Shown here piece after piece: positions 11,601 to 22,400 of a stretch of 38,848 nucleotides of DNA (positions within the stretch are counted from its first letter, which is position 1; every line of letters starts with the position of its first letter). The translations under genes were made by a program, and so were the position numbers. Where the stretch lies: the NCBI GenBank assembly GCA_048213135.1, contig PS015291.1, positions 46,161-85,008 on the forward strand. Direction: 5' to 3'. The DNA is from Reclinomonas americana ATCC 50394. Lineage: Eukaryota. The notes beneath the pieces were generated by a model. It was not told where the DNA came from, made no database searches, and worked only from the letters and a program-made list of their open reading frames with translations.

Positions 11601-14600
11601 GCGCAGTTGCGCGCCTGAGATGTTGAACAGGGCTGCATTGGCACCACCCACAATCGTGTACGTGAATGTCTGCGCAGAATTCGCATCGGTGGTCGACAGC
11701 GTGCCGACCACCACGTTCGCCGTCGATGGCGGGGTGTACGTGGTGGCCGACAGCGCAATGTTGGTCGGTGCCACATTGACTGCAACCGAAGCCGCAGCTG
11801 GTCAGACACAGACGAGTATGTGTGACACAGGAGCACACGACAGACGCAACTCTCGTTGATGGTGAACGACTTGTCAAAGAACAGCGAGCCTGTGCCGCTG
11901 TCGGTCGACCGCACGGTCACCACCAAGCCATTGCCATTCTGTCCTGCTGTGGTGATGCGCAGTTGCGCGCCCGAGATGTTGAACATGGCTGCATTGGCGC
12001 CACCCACAATCGTGTATGTGAAGGTCTGCGCCGAATTCGCNNNNNNNNNNNNNNNNNNNNNNNNNNNNNNNNNNNNNNNNNNNNNNNNNNNNNNNNNNNN
12101 NNNNNNNNNNNNNNNNNNNNNNNNNNNNNNNNNNNNNNNNNNNNNNNNNNNNNNNNNNNNNNNNNNNNNNNNNNNNNNNNNNNNNNNNNNNNNNNNNNNN
12201 NNNNNNNNNNNNNNNNNNNNNNNNNNNNNNNNNNNNNNNNNNNNNNNNNNNNNNNNNNNNNNNNNNNNNNNNNNNNNNNNNNNNNNNNNNNNNNNNNNNN
12301 NNNNNNNNNNNNNNNNNNNNNNNNNNNNNNNNNNNNNNNNNNNNNNNNNNNNNNNNNNNNNNNNNNNNNNNNNNNNNNNNNNNNNNNNNNNNNNNNNNNN
12401 NNNNNNNNNNNNNNNNNNNNNNNNNNNNNNNATCGGTGGTCGACAACGCGCCAATGACCATGTTCGCGGTGGTCGGTGGAGCGTACGTGATAGCCGACAG
12501 CGCGATATCAGTCGGAGCCACGTTGTCTACGACATTGCGCAATCAGCCAAGCACGACACAGAAGCACCATCGCTCACAGCCACGCGGTCCGCAACTCTCA
12601 TTGATGGTGAACGACTTGTCGAAGAAAAGCGAGCCCGTGCCACTGTCGGTTGACCGCACGGTCACCACGAGGCCAGTGCCGTTTTGTCCTGCTGTTGCGA
12701 TGCGCAGTTGCGCGCCCGAGATGTTGAACATGGCCGCATTGGCACCACCCACAATCGTGTACGTAAACGTCTGCGCAGAGTTCGCATCGGTGGTCGACAG
12801 CGTGCCGATCACCAGATTTGCTGTCGACGGTGGGGTGTAGGTGGTGGCCGACAGCGCAATGTCGGTCGGCGCCACATTACCTGTGCGTTACGAGCAGTCA
12901 GAATGGATGAGAAAAGCTTGGCACAATCCCACAATACGCAACTCTCGTTGATGGTGAACGACTTGCTGAAGTTAAGTGCACCCGTGCCGCTGTCTGTGGA
13001 CCGAATTGTCACCACCAAGCCGTTGCCATTCTGGCCGGCGCTGGTGATGCGCAGCTGGCTGCCAGAGATGTTGAACATGGCTGCATTGGCACCGCCGGTG
13101 ATGGTGTACGTGTACGTCTGGCAGCAATTGGCGNNNNNNNNNNNNNNNNNNNNNNNNNNNNNNNNNNNNNNNNNNNNNNNNNNNNNNNNNNNNNNNNNNN
13201 NNNNNNNNNNNNNNNNNNNNNNNNNNNNNNNNNNNNNNNNNNNNNNNNNNNNNNNNNNNNNNNNNNNNNNNNNNNNNNNNNNNNNNNNNNNNNNNNNNNN
13301 NNNNNNNNNNNNNNNNNNNNNNNNNNNNNNNNNNNNNNNNNNNNNNNNNNNNNNNNNNNNNNNNNNNNNNNNNNNNNNNNNNNNNNNNNNNNNNNNNNNN
13401 NNNNNNNNNNNNNNNNNNNNNNNNNNNNNNNNNNNNNNNNNNNNNNNNNNNNNNNNNNNNNNNNNNNNNNNNNNNNNNNNNNNNNNNNNNNNNNNNNNNN
13501 NNNNNNNNNNNNNNNNNNNNNNNNNNNNNNNNNNNNNNNNNNNNNNNNNNNNNNNNNNNNNNNNNNNNNNNNNNNNNNNNNNNNNNNNNNNNNNNNNNNN
13601 NNNNNNNNNNNNNNNNNNNNNNNNNNNNNNNNNNNNNNNNNNNNNNNNNNNNNNNNNNNNNNNNNNNNNNNNNNNNNNNNNNNNNNNNNNNNNNNNNNNN
13701 NNNNNNNNNNNNNNNNNNNNNNNNNGTTGCGCAATCAGCCAAGCACGGTACAGAAGCACCATCGCTCACAGCCACGACAGACGCAACTCTCGTTGATGGT
13801 GAACGACTTGTCAAAGAAAAGCGAGCCAGCGCCGCTGTCTGTCGATCGAATTGTGACTTGAAGTCCAGTGCCGTTCTGACCGGCGTTGGTGATGCGCAGT
13901 TGACTGCCAGAGACGTTGAACATGGCAGAATCGGCGCCGCCGACGATCGAGTACGTAAACGTCTGGCCAGTATTCGCGTCGGTGGTCGACAGCGTACCGA
14001 TGATCAAGTTTGCAGTTGAGGGCGGTGTGTACGTGGATGCGGTAATGGAAATGTTTGTCGGAGCCACGTTGACTGTGCCGAGGGCAGTTGTGCAAAGTCA
14101 GCTCACACACACAATATGAAAACAACGCTCTTCACGTAACTCTCATCAATGGTGAACGTCTGTTGGAACCACAGCGAACCGACACCATTATCGGTTGTGC
14201 GGATGATGACTTGCAGGCCACTACCGGTCTGGCCCATATTCGTCAGGCGAAGTTGAGACCCGGATATGTTGAACAGCGCAGAGTTTGTGCCTCCCGTGAT
14301 GGTGTAGGTGAACGACTGGCCTGTGTTGCCATCTGTGGTTGACAGCGTGCCCACTACTGTGTTCGAGGCCGCTGTGGGAGCAGAATAGGTGGTGGACGAC
14401 AGCGTGATCGCAGTTGGAGCCACGTTGACTGCATAAGGGGTTGTGGGGAGAGTGAGCGAAGAAACGACAACGAATCGTCACTCCGATCCTCTGCACCTTC
14501 GTTGATCGTAAATGCTTGATCGAACGTTCCACCCCACCCGTCTGAGGCACGAACTGTAACCGCCAGGCCGCTGCCGTTGAGACCGCTGACGTTGGACGTC

Positions 14601-15501
14601 AACTGGTTGCCCTTGATGCTGAACTTGCCGGCGTCAGCACCACCGACGATGCGATAGGTGATGATGGCCGGTGTCAACGAAGCCGACGGAATGAGGGTGA
14701 CCGATCCCATGGTGGTGGCCCAACCGACGCTAACGTGGTCCGTGCTGGCACTCTGCTTGTGTCGTACTTGCATGTAGATGACCTGGCCAGCCGTGAGACT
14801 GTAGCTGCCGGCTTGCTGCGAGGCGGCCTTATTCCACTGCTGGTACGTTGTGGGACTCGGTGTCGTGCTGGATACGCTCGCCACGGCTGTAGCAGTTGAA
14901 GCGTCTCCGCTCGTACTCAACCACAAATCGCACTCGTCGTCGCACGAAATGTAGAACCAGTAGTTCGCCGTGCTGGGGATGGTGACAAAGGCGGTGAGGC
15001 GTTGGCCGTAGTTGGTGGAGTTGAGATCGCTCTCGAAGCCGCCGCTGCTCACAATGCTGCACTGGTTGGGAATCGAGGTCCACGTGACGGAGGCCACCGT
15101 GGTGCCGGCAATACCCTGTGATGTGTTGGCGTTAAGCGGCGGATAGTGGAGACGGAGCGATGCGTTGGCCGACCGAACCGTAAAGTACTCCAAGTAGAAG
15201 CCAGTGGCTCCCGTCAGACTGTGACACGTGTTGGCATCCGTGGTGCTCAGCGTGCCAATCGCACTGCCAAGCGCCAGCGGATTGGAGTACGTAGTAGACG
15301 ACAAGGCGACGGCAGTGGGTGCCACATTGCCTGGCGAGCAACGCATCATGAGACACAGTCAATCACAGCAACACGCGCCACACGCCACACGCACTCTCAC
15401 GCAAGTAGAACGTCGTCGAGAGATAGCCACCCCACCCGTCATTGGCTTTCACGGTAACCTGCGCCACGAAACTGTGAGTCGGCGCGGGAGAGGGAGGGAG
15501 G

Positions 15502-15576
<75 letters not shown>

Positions 15577-15770
15577 GACGACGACGTACGTACGTACGTA
15601 CGTACGTACGTACGTACGTACGTACGACGTACGTACGACGACGACGACGACGACGTACGTACGTACGTACGTACGTACGTACGTACGACGTACGACGACG
15701 TACGTACGTACGTNNNNNNNNNNNNNNNNNNNNCCTAACCTTCCTTCCGTCCGTGGTCGCCGTCTGGACC

Positions 15771-15808
<38 letters not shown>

Positions 15809-17118
15809 GACCGAACCTGCAGATTCATGCCGTACAGACCACCGGCCGAGTTAGCGCGCAGCTGATTCCCGAGATACACACTAAAGAGCGCGGCATTGGT
15901 GCCACCAGTGATGGTGAAGGCGGTGGACGCCGGGTAGATGTTGGCCAGCGGAATAACGGAGATGGCTCCGGCCCCCAGCTTCCACCCAACGCTGGTGCTG
16001 TCCAACCCGTTGCCATCCTGCCGGCAGCGAGGCGTGCGTGAGCATACACATAATCAGTGGATCGAACGCTCTACGTCCACAGTCACGCCACAGACCTTGT
16101 TCTGCGCTCGCAACCACACCACCTGACCGGCGGTAAGTGCATAGCTCGACGATGCTTGTGTCGCATACGCAGTCCACCCTTGGTACGCGGTCCACACGGT
16201 ACTGTAGGCGATCTTCGTGGCCGAGTCCGGGTCACCTGCCATGTGTGTGTCAACAGCAGACTCGACACGATGGAGGGAACATGATGCACGCACCATTGCT
16301 CGTCATCCACAAATCGGTCTCATCGTCACCCGCCATGTAGAACTTGTCTGCGCAGACGTCTCAGATCTCCACACACGCTCACACACACTCCGGCAACATC
16401 GGTACGCAACAGCTGCCTGTGGTCGGGATGACAACCCAAGCAGTGATGCGCGATCCAAATGCATCATCATAGTTTGACGGCCTCTCGAAGCCTGGACTCA
16501 CCGAGTACACAGAGCACGCACTGGGCACCGTCGTCCACGGCACCGACGAGAGGTTGTTGGAGGAGTTGAGGCCCGTCCACGTCTCAAACAGAATGCCATT
16601 GGAGGTGGTGATCTGATTGCACGTGTCGGCATCGGTGGCAGTCAGTGTGGCCAGTGTGGTGCCAACAGCGGCGCCAGGAGTGAAGAACACAGTGGATATG
16701 CTGTTGGCAGTGGGCACATTGTTGGCCACTGCACACGAGCACAGTCAGCACGCGCAGACAACAGAACACACACACACACACACAGAGACAACACGACGCA
16801 CCGCGCACATGCACTGCATGCGACTGTGACGCGCCCTGTCAACAGCAGCAGCAGCAGAGGAGAGTGAGTGTGAGTCGCACTCGCCACGCATGAGAGAGAG
16901 CAAGAGTGAGTGCATCACACCGAGTCATTGTTTCCCGCGCCCTCTCTTGTCGTCGACAAGTCATGCTCTTGAGTGGAGGCGACGACGACAAGGACACCGA
17001 GAGTGGCGGAAGAAGGCGCACTGACATGCAGCAGTGGGAGGAGAAGCACAAGTGCGATGACAAACAATGCACATTGTGTGCGTCGACGCGATGATGATGA
17101 TGATCTCAATTCGGACAT
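1..17118 (-). CDS. Giant adhesin-like protein: N-terminal signal/anchor, 2 PA14 domains, about 36-38 visible cadherin-like repeats; multi-exon, gapped, 3' end beyond the window
   Basis: Starts MSELRSSSSSRRRTQCALFVIALVLLLPLL (hydrophobic stretch). Repeated ~94-aa exons have consensus NVAPTDIxLSxxxYxPPxxxNxVVGTLSTTDANxxQTFTYxIxGGAxAAxFNISGxQLRxxxxGQxGxGLxVxxRxTDxGGxxFxKxFTIxE, resembling bacterial cadherin-like Ig domains. The period is about 350 nt. Phase-1 GT-AG introns join the exons in frame (e.g. 276-368, 654-725, 1014-1074, 1354-1423). Confidence 0.85.
1955..2933 (+). CDS. Three cadherin-like repeat exons (1955-2236, 2291-2569, 2646-2933) on a gap-bounded contig in opposite orientation
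   Basis: Same repeat consensus and phase-1 GT-AG introns, read on the + strand. The contig 1834-2994 has N gaps on both sides, so it is probably a mis-oriented part of the same gene or a paralog. Confidence 0.75.
14665..15220 (-). other. PA14 domain 2 (inside the adhesin gene)
   Basis: GFYLEYFT...NYGQRLTAFVTIPSTANYWFYISCDDECDLWLS...YSLTAGQVIYMQVRHKQ...VSVGW matches the PA14 pattern, including the DD motif. Confidence 0.85.
15505..15803. repeat. Compound intronic microsatellite (GA)n-(ACG)n-(ACGT)n-gap-(GA)n
   Basis: Directly visible. It lies inside an expanded intron (~15459-15816) that splits the first cadherin-like repeat (NLQ|VTVKANDG). Confidence 0.9.
15930..16610 (-). other. PA14 domain 1 (split over 4 exons)
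   Basis: GILFETWTG...DAFGSRITAWVVIPTTGS/YKFYMAGDDETDLWM...YALTAGQVVWLRAQNK/DGNGLDSTSVGW after splicing. Confidence 0.85.
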
Positions 17119-17345
17119 GCCGCCTGTGTGCGCGTGTTGCTCTCTTCTCCCTTACAAGAACACTGCTCACAGAAGCAGCACGCTCACGAGATGCGCGTGT
17201 GTGCGTGTGTGCGAGAGGAAGAGCGCGCAGCCGACAGGCGAACAAGAAGAGCGCGAAAAAAGAGCAAACTCCCGTTGGCGCCAAATTTGTGATAAAATTA
17301 AAAAGCCGTTACTTTACAATGCGTTACTCTGCGATGCAGAGTGAA

Positions 17346-19405
17346 TCAGAGTAACCGGTTGAGCTGCCTGTCGTCGTGCGACTCGCTATTTCCGGTGCCA
17401 CGTGCGGCCAGCTGCTCGCCGGCAGGCGCCACTTGGATGGTGGCTGAGTGCTCGACGTCGAGCAGCTTGCTCTTGACCGACGCCGTGTCGAAGTCTTGGT
17501 ACTGGCTGCTGGCCACGCTCTCCGTCGTGTTGGCCGAGTCAATGGTGCCGATCGACAGGCGACGCTTCACACGCCTCCGCAACGGAATCACGCCAGAGAC
17601 GGGGAAGGCCGCAAAGGTGGCGTACTGCTGACGGATGCGCTGCTTCGGTGTGTAGATCCACAGCACGGCCCAGGCGGGTATGATCTGCAGGAAAATGTAC
17701 TGTGTGCGCGTAGCGGTGAGTGATGCACCTCCGTCTCCAAATCTTCTCCTCTCCGCGCACTTCAACTCACCGCGTACTGCGTGGACGGCTGATTGACGTA
17801 GCCAGTCTGGTGCACGGTGCGAGATCGTGAATGAGCGCGGTGCATTTGTCGTACGAGGGTGCCGATTGCCAGACGCAACAATATAGTAGAACTGGAAGCC
17901 GCCGGTTGAGAGGAGATACGCGCCCTGCCACGTGAGGAGAGCGCACAGAGCTGCAAAAGCCAGGCCGGTGATGATGTTGACCAGCAAAATCTGTGTCATA
18001 CAAGCATACGTATGTGGCTGAGCGAGATGGAACGAGAGAGAGGGAGAGGAGAGGGGGGATATCGTGCCTTGCGCCACACTCGTTTCCTCTTCACGTCGAA
18101 GAACGACTTGACGGCACTGAGGACCATCCAGATGCGATACGCCGCCACAGTCGTGACGATGATCAGCAGCCACGCGATCGTCGAGATGAGACTACAACAG
18201 AGGAGCACGCAGCGCGTCAGACACACGCAACATTAAAAACGCCGCAGAGTGCGTGAACTTGCGTACATGTTGGTGGCGCCGACGAGTCGATTGCGGGCCA
18301 GATCCCCGCCGGGCAGGTAATTGTACAGCAGCAAGTCAGCTGCGGCAAGATGAGCGCTGTGTAAAGCAGAAAAGGGAGAGGGAAAGAGCGTGCGTTGTGT
18401 CACGAAACTGGCCATCAACACATACATCAGCGCGTTCGCGATGATCAGTGGCCACCGAGCCGGCGCGGCCAGTGACAAGCTCTTGGTGGCCCGAGCCACG
18501 CGGAACCACTGGTATGGCACCTGCGACAAACATACTGTGAGTCGCGTGTTGCTGCAGACCAGCGCGAGCGACTCGAGCCACACACCAGCGTGAACACAGA
18601 AAATAGAATGGCCACGGGGAGAATCCAGATGGCGTGCTTGGCCAGGTTCGGGATGTTGACGTACCACGCACCGACCTGTGCAACGTGTGTGAGCGACACA
18701 CGGAGAGAGTGAGAGGCGCATGCACGAAGCAACGCAACATAGAGCGTCTCCTCGGAAACACGACCTGCGCGACACAATGTGAGACACACACACACACTCT
18801 CACTCGACAGACAGAGAGTGAACTCACCAATGGCGAACAGCGACACAAGCACATAGGCCACTGGCGCGCTGCGGAACGTTCACGAGAACACACACACACG
18901 CACACAAACACACACACATTAGTATGTCGAAGGCAGTCGTTCGCGCATGTGCGCGTCACGCACGCACTGTGACAAGGCGCACAGTCAGCATCGACAACTT
19001 GCACACACTCGCAGTGCACGCACACACACACACACACGCGCGCACCCTGGTGGACTTGGCCGCATGTCGCGCGCTTGTCAATCGCGGACCATTGCTCACC
19101 CACGATGATGAACTGTTGTTCTCCACCCACGAAGCTCCTCCATACGGTATCCCTTGCCCAACCACTGTGCTGTTCTCTGTAGGTGCTGCTAGGCGGTCGT
19201 TCACAGCGGCCTGTTGCTGTTGTTGTTGTTGTTGTTGTTGCTTGGTGAAGGAGGATGCGGTGGAGGAGTGTGTGGGTCGCCGCAGTGTCCAGCTGGCCAC
19301 CGCAAAGGCGACGCAGGTGGCCAGTGTGAGCGCATAGAGTGTGAGCCCGACGCAGGAACACACATAGAGCTGGTGGAGAATCACGGGATCTGCGGGGTTC
19401 TCCAT
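17346..19405 (-). CDS. Multipass (about 7 TM) membrane protein, THH1/TOM1 (DUF1084)/GPR137-like
   Basis: About 10 exons splice in frame. Hydrophobic helices carry the motifs ILPVAILFSVFTLVPYQW and YIFLQIIPAWAVLWIY, which resemble TOM1/GPR137 TM3 and TM7 (recognised from memory). There is a polyQ loop after TM1 and a polar C-terminal tail. Confidence 0.65.
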
Positions 19406-19476
19406 GCGTGTGTGTGTTTGGCGAGAAGGAGAAGTGGATCATGAATATTTAGACAAAGACCATTACATTGAGAGCC

Positions 19477-22400
19477 TCATGGCAGCGTATCGCCGTACAT
19501 GTTGAACACTTCGAGCCAGTTGGTTCCGTCGTAGTAGTACACGGCAAACAAGTTGCGTGAGCTTTGCACGCAGTTTCGGGCTACGGTGGTCTCAAACTGC
19601 ACAGTTGAGGCGACATCGGCATCGCTGCAGTGCAGGAAGAAGAGCTGGCCCGTCGTTGGGCCTGTAGAGCCAGACCAGGTGGTGGTAACGGTCTGTGCCG
19701 TGGAGTACAAGCAGTCAGCGTGTCGACGACCGATGCGCGAGGAAGAGTGAATCAACAGTAAATCAAACCTGGACGTACGGACCACCAACACCGCCGTCAA
19801 TAAGTTCCAGCATGCTTACGTCGGTAAGCGTGAGCAGGCTGGAAGTAATAACGCTCCGCTGTACGCCCATGGCAATGCCGGCTGCAGCAAACAAAAGAAA
19901 TGAGTGCATAAGAAGCAGCAAAATATGGATGGCACTGATGCGCACACACACACACACACCGGCACTGACAATGCCGGAGAAGTAGGCATCCCTGAATCGC
20001 TTCGGAGTGCCGCCATTGGTGCCCAAGTCGGACACTCCAAAAGGTGCTGAACCGTCGTTCTGCGGCACAATATTATCGCTGACCTTGGTCAAGCCGCCGA
20101 TGGTGGTGTTGCCACCGATCGTCGTGTTGCCGCCGATAACTGCATTGCCGCCGGCGGTGATATCGGCGCTGAGGGTGGCGGATGTACAGCCAACAATGGC
20201 GCCACCAGTGATGCTGCAAGTGCCATCCGAAATCGTGCCCATGGTGACTTGGCCGGCAAAGTAGGCATCCTTGAAGCGCACGGCATTGGTGCCAATGTCG
20301 GCCGTGTTATCGGTCGTGGCCTTCAGCAGTGTACCCACTTGAACGAAGGTAGATACGGCAGCCGACGTGCATCCAGAAATTGCGCCACCCGTGANNNNNN
20401 NNNNNNNNNNNNNNNNNNNNNNNNNNNNNNNNNNNNNNNNNNNNNNNNNNNNNNNNNNNNNNNNNNNNNNNNNNNNNNNNNNNNNNNNNNNNNNNNNNNN
20501 NNNNNNNNNNNNNNNNNNNNNNNNNNNNNNNNNNNNNNNNNNNNNNNNNNNNNNNNNNNNNNNNNNNNNNNNNNNNNNNNNNNNNNNNNNNNNNNNNNNN
20601 NNNNNNNNNNNNNNNNNNNNNNNNNNNNNNNNNNNNNNNNNNNNNNNNNNNNNNNNNNNNNNNNNNNNNNNNNNNNNNNNNNNNNNNNNNNNNNNNNNNN
20701 NNNNNNNNNNNNNNNNNNNNNNNNNNNNNNNNNNNNNNNNNNNNNNNNNNNNNNNNNNNNNNNNNNNNNNNNNNNNNNNNNNNNNNNNNNNNNNNNNNNN
20801 NNNNNNNNNNNNNNNNNNNNNNNNNNNNNNNNNNNNNNNNNNNNNNNNNNNNNNNNNNNNNNNNNNNNNNNNNNNNNNNNNNNNNNNNNNNNNNNNNNNN
20901 NNNNNNNNNNNNNNNNNNNNNNNNNNNNNNNNNNNNNNNNNNNNNNNNNNNNNNNNNNNNNNNNNNNNNNNNNNNNNNNNNNNNNNNNNNNNNNNNNNNN
21001 NNNNNNNNNNNNNNNNNNNCGTCCTTGAACTTCACGGCGTTTGTCCCAATGTCGGCCGTGTTATCCGCGGCGGCCTTCAGCAGCGTGCCGAGCTGCACAA
21101 ACGTCGAGACGGTGGCCGATGTGCAGCCAGTGATTGCGCCGCCCGTGATCGTACAGGTGCCATCCGACAGCGTTCCCACATTGACCTGGCCGGCAAAGTA
21201 GGCGTCCTTGAACTTCACGGCGTTGGTGCCAATATCGGCTGTGTTATCCGCAGCGGCTTGCAACAGCGTGCCCACTTGAACAAATGTCGAAACAGTGGCC
21301 GATGTGCATCCGGTAATGACGCCGCCCACAATGTTGCATGAGCCGTCGGTGAATCCACCAGTGGTACTCAGCTGATCGTCACCGAATGAAATAACGCCGC
21401 CGACAGCATCAATGTCAATCGTGGGCGGCGTGGCACCGTAGTTGATGGTCAATATGTGGTTCGCATTGGCACCGAACCGCACAGACCCAGTGCTTGACGT
21501 GATTCGCGGAATTACCGGTGCAGCAGTCAGAGTCATCGATGACGCGCCGGAGAGGACGAGTGATGTTGATGAGAGGGAACCGGTGGTCGCGAGGTTGTCG
21601 TCGCCGAATGAAATGGTGCCTGTCAACAACAAGCGTGAGTATGCAGAAATCTCACAGAGTGCAACACACTTGATGTGTGGCTGTACGTTACCGCTTACGC
21701 GATCGAGATCCAGAGTGTATGGATTGCCGGGGATCATGCGCAGTGTCTCATCTCGGTACAGGCCCACGTAGAAGCGCGGGGTCTGCATATTGAAGTGCTG
21801 GTTCGCTGCAAACACGTACAGCACAAAGGAAGAGCGTAAGACCGTCCATCTTCTTCGCATCCGTGTGTGTGTGTGTGCGCAAGCGCGCGCTCACCATTCC
21901 AGTACATAATGTCGGCCGTCATGTTGGAGTACGTCTGTCCGTAGAACACCAGATTGGCGCCGTTGACGTCCACCAGGTCGGTGCTGCCGCTGCCGAGTCG
22001 CAGACCGCCCTCGGAATCTAGAGAGAGCAAAGTTGAGCAGCAGGATGTGGTGGGGAAAGAACTCACCACCACGCACCGACAAACACCGAATTGGCACGCG
22101 CGGTGAGGCCGGTGGTGGTGCCAATTCGGATATCGGGTGCCGCAAGCGTCGCCGCTGTCGAAAAATCGCCAGCGTACGTGCCAGCGCGCTGCGTCAATGT
22201 ACCGGCCGAAGTGCCGATAATGTTGATGTTGACTCCATGCGCATTGATGGTGCTGGTCGGCGTTCCAGAGTCTCCCAATTGCAACAAGGTACTGGCGTCG
22301 ATTGTGGTGCTGGTTCCACGCGCCGAGGCAATGGATGGTCGCCCGAGAGTGATGATCGGCGAGGAGAGATCGGCGCGCACCATATAGTCGGCGCGCAACG

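Noticed and set aside
28-14342. Many + strand ORFs antisense to the repeat exons
   Set aside because: They are shadow ORFs produced by codon bias. The splice signals and the protein consensus are on the minus strand, except for 1955-2933.
1-14430. ~350-nt periodicity as a CRISPR-like or non-coding repeat-spacer array
   Set aside because: The units are protein-coding exons and the 'spacers' are GT-AG introns.
18222-18231. GTTGCG at 18231 as a donor
   Set aside because: It lies inside an intron. The upstream AT|GTACGC donor gives the in-frame product, and reading through to 18231 meets a stop codon.
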